Source: a virus. From it: 64,000 bases of DNA. This document shows, in pieces, positions 40,093-49,446 of this stretch; position 1 is the stretch's first letter; each line of letters starts with the position of its first letter. The translations under genes were made by a program, and so were the position numbers. The stretch is taken from positions 16,019-80,018 of the IMG/VR virus record IMGVR_UViG_3300021964_000039; one strand, written 5' to 3'. A model generated the notes under the pieces. The model was not told the origin of the DNA. It did no database searches and saw only the letters and a program-made list of their open reading frames with translations.

Positions 40093-40318
40093 AGATCAGA
40101 TTGCCGATTTGTGGTTAGTATTTAAAGATTGTTTAGACAAAAAACAAGTTGAAGTAGCAGCAGAAAAGTTTATTGACTTTCTTGCAGATTATGGTGTATC
40201 AGATGAAACATTACGTGAAGTAATAGGAACTGATGCAGAACTTGAGGAAGCAATTACATACTACTTAGACGATGACGGTGTAGATGATGATGACGATTAC
40301 AATGAATGGGATGACTAA
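40082..40318 (+). CDS. Small acidic hypothetical protein
   Basis: Coupled ORF with RBS (GAGGAG). Confidence 0.65.
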   Translation: MLNEDQIADLWLVFKDCLDKKQVEVAAEKFIDFLADYGVSDETLREVIGTDAELEEAITYYLDDDGVDDDDDYNEWDD

Positions 40319-40773
40319 TGGGTTGGTACTCTGAAGTATCTAGAGACATAAGCAAAATACCCGATGCTATACATTTTTTCGAAGCAGAATTAGAAGAAGC
40401 GAAAAAAGAATGTAGATTAAGCGGTAATGTTGAACGTGCTTCTTCGTCTATGCCAGGAATTGTAGAACATAGATTTAATCAACTTCAAGAAATTGAAGCA
40501 ATATTAAATTATATGAATATAGAGCTACGCAGGTTGCGTAGCTCATTTTTCAAAAAATATCTCGAAAACTACCAACGAGCTCTGTCTAGTCGTGACGTAG
40601 AAAAATACGTTGACGGCGAGGCAGACGTTGTTGACTATGAAAAGATTATCAACGAATTTGCACTAATGCGTAACAAATGGTTAGGTGTTCTAAAAGCACT
40701 TGATCAAAAGCAATGGCAGATTACTAATATTGTAAAATTAAGGGTTGCAGGCATGGAGGATGCTTCGCTTTGA
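40318..40773 (+). CDS. uvsY: Recombination mediator
   Basis: Helical protein; KYVDGE, K.WQI.N.VKLR; follows uvsX. Confidence 0.8.
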   Translation: MGWYSEVSRDISKIPDAIHFFEAELEEAKKECRLSGNVERASSSMPGIVEHRFNQLQEIEAILNYMNIELRRLRSSFFKKYLENYQRALSSRDVEKYVDGEADVVDYEKIINEFALMRNKWLGVLKALDQKQWQITNIVKLRVAGMEDASL

Positions 40774-41459
40774 TTGATACTTACATAATTAGAATGAAAG
40801 GTAATGCCATATCAGAAGATCTTGCTAGTGAATTAGTAGCATCATTAGAAGCAAATGATATTACACACAATTTTTTCGATGCAATTCACGGTGATCAAAT
40901 TGAAGATTGTTGGCAAAGGCAAGGTTTAAAGTTTTTTCATAAACTAAAGCCTTCCCGTAAACTACCTGGAATTAAAGGTTGCTTCTTAAGTCATTATATG
41001 TTATGGCTCAAGTCATTTAATGAAAATAAACCTTTGTTAATATTTGAACACGATGCAATCGTAGTCAAACCTATCTCAGAAAAAATAATAGATTTACCTT
41101 ACGATGTGTTAAATTTAGACTTTGCTAGTAGGGTAGTAGAAAACTATCATGATTATGTTAAGCAAGATTTTGGCACATCAATACACAAATGGGTGCCACA
41201 ACCAACGACAAAAGGGCTATCGTCTAAACTAAACAAAGCAAGTATTAAAGGTTTACATGCTTATATTATTAAACCGCAAGGTGCAAAACGTTTGACAGAT
41301 TATATAAGACGTACTGGAGTTTTGCCAGCAGATATTGCTGTTAATTCTATAGCTTGTGACTTGCGATATACAAAAACTTGTTATGCAATGGTAAATCCTA
41401 AATACTGGATAGATGCAAAAAACGGATCAAAGCATTCCTTTACAAGAGCTAAACCATGA
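40770..41459 (+). CDS. Glycosyltransferase family 25-like
   Basis: FDAI.G, GCFLSHY.LW, IFEHDA, AYII.P.GA..L. Confidence 0.85.
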   Translation: MIDTYIIRMKGNAISEDLASELVASLEANDITHNFFDAIHGDQIEDCWQRQGLKFFHKLKPSRKLPGIKGCFLSHYMLWLKSFNENKPLLIFEHDAIVVKPISEKIIDLPYDVLNLDFASRVVENYHDYVKQDFGTSIHKWVPQPTTKGLSSKLNKASIKGLHAYIIKPQGAKRLTDYIRRTGVLPADIAVNSIACDLRYTKTCYAMVNPKYWIDAKNGSKHSFTRAKP

Positions 41460-42091
41460 ATATTGCTTGTGTATTAAAAGTACAAAAGAGTAAGAATGCT
41501 ATCTATACTACTGAATGGGTTGATAAACTTTACAGAGGTGTGAAACGTAATTTAGATACAAAGTTTAATTTCTATTGCTTAACAAATGTAGAAACCAAAT
41601 ATGATGATATTCCATTAACTTCCGAAAGCGACGGATTTTGGAATAAAATAGAATTATTCAAAAAAGATTTATTTCAAGGACCGACTTTATATTTAGATTT
41701 AGATGTAGTTATTTGTAATAATATAACAAATCTTGTATACAATATGCGCCGTCATAAGTTCTTAATGACAAAAGAACCTTATAAACAAATTAGTAATAGT
41801 AGTATTATGTTTTGGATAGGAGACTACAGCTACCTTTATAATAATTATATTGCTGACCAAAAAAATATTTGTGCAGAATATTCAAGAGTACCTAGGTATG
41901 GTGATCAGGCATACATTGCAGAAAATGTAAATCATAATTTTGTTGAAGAAATTGATCCAACTGCAATTAATTGGAAACATCATGAAGTGAAAACAGAAAT
42001 TAATAATCCTAAGTTTTTGATTTTCACAAGTAAACACCAAAAGCCTAGCAATAACAAAGACTTAAAAATAGTGAGAAAGAACTGGATATGA
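41456..42091 (+). CDS. GT-A glycosyltransferase
   Basis: WNKIELF, LYLDLDVVI (DxD), NSSIM.W, GDQAYI. Confidence 0.8.
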   Translation: MNIACVLKVQKSKNAIYTTEWVDKLYRGVKRNLDTKFNFYCLTNVETKYDDIPLTSESDGFWNKIELFKKDLFQGPTLYLDLDVVICNNITNLVYNMRRHKFLMTKEPYKQISNSSIMFWIGDYSYLYNNYIADQKNICAEYSRVPRYGDQAYIAENVNHNFVEEIDPTAINWKHHEVKTEINNPKFLIFTSKHQKPSNNKDLKIVRKNWI

Positions 42092-42627
42092 AAGCACGAG
42101 AAAGAGTTATTCAACATATACCTAAAGGAGCAATTGGTGTAGAGATAGGAGTGCATCTAGGAGATTATTCGCAAAGAATACTAGATATATCTAAACCTAA
42201 ATTATTATATCTTGTTGACCCATGGACGGTATTTCATAACGACGAACACGCCGACTCGTGGTACGGTGTGAATAATGTTAATCAAAAAATTATGGACGAA
42301 CGCTATGAATTAGTTCTAAATAGATTTGCAGATAATGATGCTGTAAAAGTAATTAGAGCAAAATCTACTGATGCTGCTGATACTTTCGAAGACTTTAGTT
42401 TAGATTATATTTACTTAGATGGCGATCATTCTTACGAGGGCGTATGTGCTGACTTTGACGCTTATTTTCCTAAATTAAAGCGTAAAGGATTTATATACGG
42501 AGATGATTATATTGCAAATAATTGGTGGGGTGCAGGTGTGATTGATGCAGTGCATAAAAATCTCCACGAAAAAGATCTGCAAGTTGTGTTTATAACTGAA
42601 TCACAATTTTGTATTCAAAAGTTGTAA
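42088..42627 (+). CDS. Class I SAM methyltransferase (Methyltransf_24-like)
   Basis: VEIGV..G, VDPW, DYIYLDGDHSYE, GDDY. Confidence 0.85.
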   Translation: MKARERVIQHIPKGAIGVEIGVHLGDYSQRILDISKPKLLYLVDPWTVFHNDEHADSWYGVNNVNQKIMDERYELVLNRFADNDAVKVIRAKSTDAADTFEDFSLDYIYLDGDHSYEGVCADFDAYFPKLKRKGFIYGDDYIANNWWGAGVIDAVHKNLHEKDLQVVFITESQFCIQKL

Positions 42628-43298
42628 TTAAATATATTCAAATCTCTACCGTACAGGCGTTCAACTATACGTCTACTATGTTTTGTATAAACATTTCTAT
42701 AGTTCGGTAGAGATACATTGCTAATATTTCTTATTGGCATTGCTACTTTACTTCCGGTGATTTGCTTTATTTTTTCAAATTCTGTTGCTAAGTTTTCTAA
42801 TTTAATAATATTATCTACTACTATCTTACCATCTATTGTAACATAATCACACATATTAGCCCACGAAGCTAAGTCTCCTTCGCCGCCCGGATAAAAAATT
42901 TTCATGTTACCGTCAAATATTGTCCATGGTTTATGCAAATAATTTTCAACCCATGCGTCAAATCCTTTATGCCAAACTGCAAGTTCATCTTTGACTTGGC
43001 CATTCTTATCTGCTAACTTGTTTATATGAATTTCTAAAATTTGTTTTCTGTATTTGTAAAAACTTAAAGCTCTGTCAAAAGGATTTCGTATTATTGTAAA
43101 GCTAGGCATGTTAGTATTAACAGTAATTAGGTCCGAATGTGTAATCGGAGCATGTATTCTTTCATTTAATTTGCCGTAAGTTTGTTTATACCAACGTCTA
43201 ATACTTGTACCTGCAGCTTTAGGTATGTGAACAAACAAAATTGGGTTGCAATTATTTTTGTTTGTTTTTGGCCAGTAGCTCATTTTTCGTATTCCCAT
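42615..43298 (-). CDS. Sulfotransferase (Sulfotransfer_2-like)
   Basis: FVHIPKAAGTS, IRNPFDR.LS.Y, Y.RD...FNY.F. Confidence 0.85.
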   Translation of the reverse strand: MGIRKMSYWPKTNKNNCNPILFVHIPKAAGTSIRRWYKQTYGKLNERIHAPITHSDLITVNTNMPSFTIIRNPFDRALSFYKYRKQILEIHINKLADKNGQVKDELAVWHKGFDAWVENYLHKPWTIFDGNMKIFYPGGEGDLASWANMCDYVTIDGKIVVDNIIKLENLATEFEKIKQITGSKVAMPIRNISNVSLPNYRNVYTKHSRRIVERLYGRDLNIFNYNF

Positions 43299-43909
43299 TT
43301 TGAAGGATCATACAATGGATTTTTCCAAAATAATGATTCTAATTCTTCATCCCAAACAAATGTATCTAATTCATTTGTAATTTTGTATCTACATAAATTT
43401 AAATCCCATCCTACATTTCCATAAGGAAGTTTGTCTTTAGGAGGACTTAATTCAAACAATTCAATGTGGTAATTATTTTTTTCGGCTAATTTAGAAAAGA
43501 ATTGCGGGTAAGGATGCCAACAACTTCCGGCCGCAGCATGATCTAATCTTTTTTCTGCTTGAGGAACCCAATGCACTATATAAGTTCCAACTTTACAAAG
43601 CTCATGCACACATTTCCAAAATGTTCTCTGTACAGTTACGTGTTCACTAGTTCCAATATTTGTAATAAAATCAAATGTATTGTGTCCTGACAATGATTTA
43701 ATTTGATAAGCTGCATTATCTAATCTTAGATCAATTGGTATAGCACCATCTTCTGCATTGATATCAACACTAGTATACGACTTAGCACCGTTTGTTAGAT
43801 ATTCATCTCGATAGCATCCTGCTTTTGATCTCTTATTTCCAAATTCTAATATGTCAAAATTTTCGTAGTCGGGATATAACCGCGAAGTATATTTAGGTAT
43901 TGTTTCCAT
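43280..43909 (-). CDS. SAM methyltransferase-like protein
   Basis: ILEFGN, YTSVDIN, FDFITN.GTSEHV. Confidence 0.7.
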   Translation of the reverse strand: METIPKYTSRLYPDYENFDILEFGNKRSKAGCYRDEYLTNGAKSYTSVDINAEDGAIPIDLRLDNAAYQIKSLSGHNTFDFITNIGTSEHVTVQRTFWKCVHELCKVGTYIVHWVPQAEKRLDHAAAGSCWHPYPQFFSKLAEKNNYHIELFELSPPKDKLPYGNVGWDLNLCRYKITNELDTFVWDEELESLFWKNPLYDPSKWEYEK

Positions 43910-43926
43910 TATTTTCCTTCCGCAAA

Positions 43927-43940
43927 TATTTAGTTAAATA
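43927..43940. promoter_or_regulatory. Back-to-back divergent late promoters (TATTTA-gt-TAAATA)
   Basis: Lies between the divergent methyltransferase genes. Confidence 0.6.
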
Positions 43941-43960
43941 CACATATAAAGGACATACCA

Positions 43961-44539
43961 ATGGAAATACAAAAGAAAAAATATAAATGGCTTAATAGTT
44001 GGAACTTACCGTGGCACACTAGTGATAGAAAAGAACGGTTTGAAATATTAGATAACTATTTAGAAAGTCCTCCTAGATCAATACTTGATATAGGTTGTGG
44101 ACTTGCAAGAGAGTCAGAATATTTCCAAAAAAAATATGGTACTGAGTTGTATTTGCTAGATGGTGATTTTGATCAAACAAAAGAAAAGCCCAGAGATAAT
44201 CAATGGGGCAGTGCAGAATCATTTAGATTCTATAGTCCAGTGCAAGAATTATTAGATTCATATGATAGCAGGAATATAGATTATACATTTGTAGATGCGT
44301 TGAATCCTGTTATCCATCCTGATAAGAAGTTTGATGTAATTTATAGTTTACTAAGTTGTGGGTTTCATTATCCAGCATCTACATATAAAGGTTTAATACA
44401 AATGCATTCTAATAATGAAACAAAAATAATAATAGATTGTAGGTTTGATACATTAGAATCTCAAAAACAAGACTTTGAAATAATAAAAATTATAAAAGAA
44501 TATGACCATTACTATAAATTAGAAATAAAATTTAAGTAG
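43961..44539 (+). CDS. SAM methyltransferase
   Basis: ILDIGCGLA, FDVIYS..SCGFHYP. Confidence 0.8.
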   Translation: MEIQKKKYKWLNSWNLPWHTSDRKERFEILDNYLESPPRSILDIGCGLARESEYFQKKYGTELYLLDGDFDQTKEKPRDNQWGSAESFRFYSPVQELLDSYDSRNIDYTFVDALNPVIHPDKKFDVIYSLLSCGFHYPASTYKGLIQMHSNNETKIIIDCRFDTLESQKQDFEIIKIIKEYDHYYKLEIKFK

Positions 44540-44565
44540 AATAATATACGCACATAAATATTGGT

Positions 44566-45336
44566 ATGAAACAGATTGTATTAGTCACAGGCGGTTTTGA
44601 TCCTCTTCATTCAGGGCACATTGAATATTTCAAAGCTGCAAAAGAACTTGGAGACGAATTACATGTTGGATTAAATAGCGACGAATGGCTTATTAATAAA
44701 AAAGGTAAACCATTTATGCCATTTAAAGAACGACTTACTGTAATTGAGAATTTAAGTGTAGTAGATAGAGTCATCTCATTTGACGACAGTGATGGTAGTG
44801 CTTGTGGTGCAATATATAAGACAATAGCAACTCACGGAGATATAAAAGTCATATTTGCTAATGGTGGCGACAGAACTAACACTACTACACCTGAATATAA
44901 AACCTACGGCGATATATCTAACGTAGAATTTGTATTTGGTGTGGGAGGCGAAGATAAGAAAAACTCAAGCAGTTGGATCCTTAAAGAATGGAGTCAGCCT
45001 ACCACCGAGCGTGCCTGGGGAAGATACACTGTGCTAGACAAAGGCGATGGTTGGCAAGTAAAACAACTTGCGTTCGATGCAGGTAAAGAATTAAGTGATC
45101 AAAGACACAAAAAACGGTCAGAACACTGGCATGTTGTCGAAGGCGAAATCAAAATGGAACTAGAAGAATATAACGACTGGGTAAAAGTTACTAAAATTCT
45201 TAGATCCGGTGATAGTATAGATATTCCAATACGCTCTTGGCACAAAGCAACTAATATAGGAGATAAACCGGCCAAAGTTATCGAAGTTTGGCTCGGTAAC
45301 GAATTATCAGAAGACGATATAGAAAGAAGAGACTAA
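44566..45336 (+). CDS. Cytidylyltransferase-like domain fused to a mannose-6-phosphate isomerase-type cupin
   Basis: TGGFDPLHSGH, NSDEWL..KKG, FANGGDR, SSS; ERAWG.Y, LS.QRH..RSEHW.VV.G, EVW.G..L.EDDIER. Confidence 0.85.
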   Translation: MKQIVLVTGGFDPLHSGHIEYFKAAKELGDELHVGLNSDEWLINKKGKPFMPFKERLTVIENLSVVDRVISFDDSDGSACGAIYKTIATHGDIKVIFANGGDRTNTTTPEYKTYGDISNVEFVFGVGGEDKKNSSSWILKEWSQPTTERAWGRYTVLDKGDGWQVKQLAFDAGKELSDQRHKKRSEHWHVVEGEIKMELEEYNDWVKVTKILRSGDSIDIPIRSWHKATNIGDKPAKVIEVWLGNELSEDDIERRD

Positions 45337-46010
45337 TGAAAGTATTTGTAGGATATGATACAAGAGAAGATATCGCATATCAAGTTTGTAAACATAGTAT
45401 ATTAAGATACCAACCTGAGGCTGAAGTTTATCCTTTAAAACAACAAGAATTAAGAGATGCCGGTTGGTATACTAGACCTATTGATAAACTTGCAAGCACA
45501 GAATTTACCTTCACACGATTTTTGGTCCCTGAATTATCTCAATTTAACGGCTGGGCAGTCTTTATGGATTGTGATATGATATTAACAACAGACATCCAAG
45601 AACTATTTGACCAAGCAGACGATCAATATGCAGTCATGTGTGTCAAACATGATTATAAGGTTAAAGAAGGTACAAAGATGGATGGTCAAAAACAAACTGT
45701 TTATCCGCGCAAAAATTGGTCAAGTATGGTGCTATTTAATTGCGGACATCCTTCAAATGCAGTATTGACACAGCAACTTGTTAATGATCCTGAAGTTAAT
45801 GGTGCCTACTTACACAGATTTAGTTGGTTGAATGATGAAGAAATTGGCGAACTAGATCATACTTGGAACTACTTAGTGGGTGTGTATAACGACATAGAGT
45901 CACCAAAGCTCATACACTATACAGAAGGCGGTCCATGGTTTGAAAATTACAGATACTGTGAATTTCATAATTTATGGAAGCAACAACTACAGGAAATGAT
46001 GAATGACTAA
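45336..46010 (+). CDS. GT-A glycosyltransferase (GT8-like)
   Basis: VGYD.RE, STEFTFTRFLVP, FMDCDM, YPRKNWSS, HYTEGGPW. Confidence 0.85.
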   Translation: MKVFVGYDTREDIAYQVCKHSILRYQPEAEVYPLKQQELRDAGWYTRPIDKLASTEFTFTRFLVPELSQFNGWAVFMDCDMILTTDIQELFDQADDQYAVMCVKHDYKVKEGTKMDGQKQTVYPRKNWSSMVLFNCGHPSNAVLTQQLVNDPEVNGAYLHRFSWLNDEEIGELDHTWNYLVGVYNDIESPKLIHYTEGGPWFENYRYCEFHNLWKQQLQEMMND

Positions 46011-46809
46011 AAAACAAATGTTATTTGTTGACAGAGAAGATGCAATAGTAAAGTGTCTTGCTGAGTCAACCACAGCAAACTTTATCGATGCTAATGAGAG
46101 AGACAAATATCCAGACATACCTTTTGGTATACGTAGTATGACTAAGCGTAAATTAATACGTGCTTTGTGGAAAGAAAAAAGAGATTTCTACTACATTGAC
46201 ACAGGCTATTTAGGAAATTTAGGTAAGAGGAAAGATTATCATAGACTTGTAAAAAACAATGTTCAACATGTGGATACAGTGTTAGACGTTCCAGCAGACA
46301 GGTACGAAGCATTATGTGAAAGATATCCTTATGTAAGATATGTAGGCAGAAGAAACTTAAATGGCGGACCTATCCTACTAGTTACACCTAGTGATAAACC
46401 TACAAAATTCTATAACATAGATCGTAAACAATGGGTAGAGTCAACTGTCAACGAAATAAGAAAATATACAGATAGACAAATTATCGTTAGGGATAAACCA
46501 TTACGCAGAGATAGAGTACAAGATGGTAGTATCATACAACAATTTAAAAAAGATAATATACATTCGTTAGTAACTTATAATAGTATTGCTGCTGTAGAAG
46601 CTGTACATTTTGGAATACCTGCTTTTTGTTTAGCACCTAATGCAGCATCGCATGTGTGTTCTACAAATTTAAGTGAAATTGAAAATCCTAAATATCCTGC
46701 AGATATCGAAGTTATACGCTTGTTACGGTATCTTTGTTATTGTCAGTACACTCCAGCAGAACTGGCAAATGGGTACGCTCTAAGAATTCAAAAGGAACTT
46801 GGCCTATGA
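46003..46809 (+). CDS. Capsule-biosynthesis (KpsS/KpsC-like) GT-B protein
   Basis: YIDTGY, R.KP, VTYNS.AAVEA...GIP. Confidence 0.6.
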   Translation: MTKKQMLFVDREDAIVKCLAESTTANFIDANERDKYPDIPFGIRSMTKRKLIRALWKEKRDFYYIDTGYLGNLGKRKDYHRLVKNNVQHVDTVLDVPADRYEALCERYPYVRYVGRRNLNGGPILLVTPSDKPTKFYNIDRKQWVESTVNEIRKYTDRQIIVRDKPLRRDRVQDGSIIQQFKKDNIHSLVTYNSIAAVEAVHFGIPAFCLAPNAASHVCSTNLSEIENPKYPADIEVIRLLRYLCYCQYTPAELANGYALRIQKELGL

Positions 46810-47744
46810 CTCAAATGACAGTTTATTCTTATTTAAAATGTATACCGCCTGGGAATAAAAATCAAGAAAAGCCAGCTATACTAAAGAACTTTATAAAAGG
46901 AGTGAAAGCAGTTGGAGACATAGGGCAAATATACGATGATTACAATTGGCGCAAATCAGACGTAGCTATCATACAAGGTTTTGTTCATGAAAAAAGTAAA
47001 AACGTACCTCACTTGCAACTACGTAAATCAATTTTGGATCTACAAAAACAAAATGATGGTAGAACAATAATTGCTGATGCAAATTTATTTTTGTATGCAG
47101 ATCAAGGTAATTCAAAAACTTATCTACGTTATAGCTATGATGGCATCTTTCCTAATACAGGAGAATATTGTGATGATAACCCTAATCCAGATCGCTGGGA
47201 CAAAATTAGCACAGATTTAGGAATACATTTGAAGCCTTGGAAGACAGGAGGAAAGTATGTTTTGATTTGTTGTCAACGTGACGGCGGCTGGAGTATGCAA
47301 GGAAATAGGGTAGTTCCGTGGGTTAACAGTATTATTAGAGCAATCAAGGATTATACAAATAAACCTATTAAAATTAGATTTCATCCTGGCGATAAGAAAA
47401 AAGACCAGCATATGAGATACATATGGAGACTACATAGAAATAAAGTAAAGTTTTCACAGCCTAGCAGCACATTATTAGATGATTTACAAGATGCTCATTG
47501 TGTGATCAATCATAACAGTAGTCCTGGAGTTGTAGCAGCCATAGAAGGCGTACCAGTATTCTTGTTAGATCCTAACCGTAGTCAAGCAAAAGACGTTGCT
47601 AATCAAGATCTACGTAACATCGAAAATATCCAAAACTTTGATAGAGAATTATGGATACAGCGTGTAGCACAAAGTCACTGGACATTAGACGAGCTGAGTA
47701 ACGGACAGGCATGGGAACATATGAAAAAATATGCAAGGAAATAA
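46806..47744 (+). CDS. Capsule-biosynthesis (KpsS/KpsC-like) GT-B protein (start ATG 46806)
   Basis: IRFHP, VINHNSSPGV.A.IEGVP, QW/HWT..E...G. Confidence 0.6.
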   Translation: MTQMTVYSYLKCIPPGNKNQEKPAILKNFIKGVKAVGDIGQIYDDYNWRKSDVAIIQGFVHEKSKNVPHLQLRKSILDLQKQNDGRTIIADANLFLYADQGNSKTYLRYSYDGIFPNTGEYCDDNPNPDRWDKISTDLGIHLKPWKTGGKYVLICCQRDGGWSMQGNRVVPWVNSIIRAIKDYTNKPIKIRFHPGDKKKDQHMRYIWRLHRNKVKFSQPSSTLLDDLQDAHCVINHNSSPGVVAAIEGVPVFLLDPNRSQAKDVANQDLRNIENIQNFDRELWIQRVAQSHWTLDELSNGQAWEHMKKYARK

Positions 47745-47745
47745 A

Positions 47746-48591
47746 ATGGATATTACTTTAGTTACTACATTCCACCAAGAAGGGTTGGATCTTTACGGTC
47801 AAAGATTTATAGATAGTTTTGCAAAAAATATAGACAAACAAATTAAGCTGCTAGTATATGCAGAAAATTGTAGTCCTGTAAATCCAGATCCAGATCAAAT
47901 TAAAATATTCGATCAATTTGAAGCATTACCTAAATTAAATGCCTTCAAATCACAGTGGGGAGATGTACCAAAAGCCAACGGGATTCCACCTGAAGATATT
48001 AAAGCAAGACGTCCTAGAGATTGGCATAAAGCATTTAAATGGGACGCCGTGCGTTTTGCGAACAAAGTATATGCTGTGTTAGATGCTTATGAAAGAAGTA
48101 AAGACTGGTGTGTTTGGATAGATGCAGATGTATTTGTACACAGTGAATTAAGTTATCCAAACTTTACTAAATTGTTACCAAACGATAAATGGATTACATA
48201 TGTAGGTAGGGGCAAAGGATCACAGACATGGCCCGAATGCGGCTTCTACGGACTAAACAAAAATAGTGATATATGTAACTTGTTTGTTGAAGAATTCCAA
48301 AGAATGTATGAAGATGCTGATAACGGAATATTTAAACTAGATGAATGGCATGACAGTTTTGTGTTTGGCCATATATTAAATATTATGAAGCAAGATCATG
48401 ATAACGTGCATGATTATTCATCTGACATATATGTGAATACAGCCAAGACCGGTGGCGGCGGCCACCCATTTATAAACAGTGTACTAGGTAATTATTTTGA
48501 TCATATGAAAGGTGCTAGAAAAAAATTAGGAAAAAGTAATCGGAAAGATTTGATGTCTGGTAGATCGGAATCTTATTGGAATGAAATTTAA
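47746..48591 (+). CDS. GT-A nucleotide-diphospho-sugar transferase-like protein
   Basis: VTTF...G...YG, WDAVRFA.KV, WIDAD (DxD), ECGF, EWHDS, DHMKG. Confidence 0.7.
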   Translation: MDITLVTTFHQEGLDLYGQRFIDSFAKNIDKQIKLLVYAENCSPVNPDPDQIKIFDQFEALPKLNAFKSQWGDVPKANGIPPEDIKARRPRDWHKAFKWDAVRFANKVYAVLDAYERSKDWCVWIDADVFVHSELSYPNFTKLLPNDKWITYVGRGKGSQTWPECGFYGLNKNSDICNLFVEEFQRMYEDADNGIFKLDEWHDSFVFGHILNIMKQDHDNVHDYSSDIYVNTAKTGGGGHPFINSVLGNYFDHMKGARKKLGKSNRKDLMSGRSESYWNEI

Positions 48592-49429
48592 CTTATGGAG
48601 AAAGTATGGTGCGCTTAATTCTAGCCCTGTTTTTGACGCCTTTCACACTGGCGCTAATGCTCTTGGGCATGATGTTGTGTGTGATAGTGATGATGGGGTT
48701 GATGTTATTTGGAGCGTACTTTGGAACGGTCGTATGGGTGGAAACCGTGCTATTTGGGAAAGGAACGTTTCACAATCCAAACCGACCATCGTACTCGAAG
48801 TCGGCGGGATCACTAGAGGATCCACTTGGAAGGTAGGACTAAATGGGATTAATAGAGATGCTTACTTTGGGCCTATGGGGAACGATAGTAGTCGTGCTAA
48901 TCTTCTCGGACTTGATGTAAAGCCTTGGCAAACTGACGGTGATCATATACTAATATGTGGACAACACGATAAAAGTTTACAATGGCACGGAATGCCAAAG
49001 ATGAGCCAATGGCTTATAGATACCATTGATCAAATTAGAAAACACACGGATAGGAAAATAATTTTTCGGCCACATCCAAGATGCCAACTACCTAGTATAG
49101 AAAATGAATTTGATAATGTTGTCAGACAACGTCCGATACAACTTCCTCGCACTTATGACGATTTTGATATAAATTTTTCAAATGTATATGCAACAATAAG
49201 TTACAGTAGTAACCCAGGAATACATAGCGTTATAAATGGAGTGCCTGCGTTTGTTAGTGCAAGCTCATTAGCCTTTCCGGTAGCAAATAATATAAATGAC
49301 CTTTCTGTTATAAACGATCCAAAATGTTTTGATAGACGTCAATGGGTTAACGATTATGCATGGACTGAATATACATTAGAAGAAATATCTCAAGGTTTTC
49401 CACTTAAACGCTTGACTTCTTTGCTTTAA
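48581..49429 (+). CDS. Capsule-biosynthesis (KpsS/KpsC-like) GT-B protein
   Basis: GQ...S, FRPHP, SYSSNPG..S.I.GVP; paralogue of 46806..47744. Confidence 0.6.
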   Translation: MKFNLWRKYGALNSSPVFDAFHTGANALGHDVVCDSDDGVDVIWSVLWNGRMGGNRAIWERNVSQSKPTIVLEVGGITRGSTWKVGLNGINRDAYFGPMGNDSSRANLLGLDVKPWQTDGDHILICGQHDKSLQWHGMPKMSQWLIDTIDQIRKHTDRKIIFRPHPRCQLPSIENEFDNVVRQRPIQLPRTYDDFDINFSNVYATISYSSNPGIHSVINGVPAFVSASSLAFPVANNINDLSVINDPKCFDRRQWVNDYAWTEYTLEEISQGFPLKRLTSLL

Positions 49430-49440
49430 TCTTGTATAAT
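49412..49440 (+). promoter_or_regulatory. Sigma70 promoter (leaderless)
   Basis: TTGACT-17-TATAAT, then 6 nt, then ATG at 49447. Confidence 0.8.
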
Positions 49441-49446
49441 AGCATT

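Noticed and set aside
686-49429. Bacterial LPS/capsule locus interpretation of the sugar genes
   Set aside because: The genes are interleaved with T4-like virion and replication genes and share phage late promoters; no export or housekeeping context is present.
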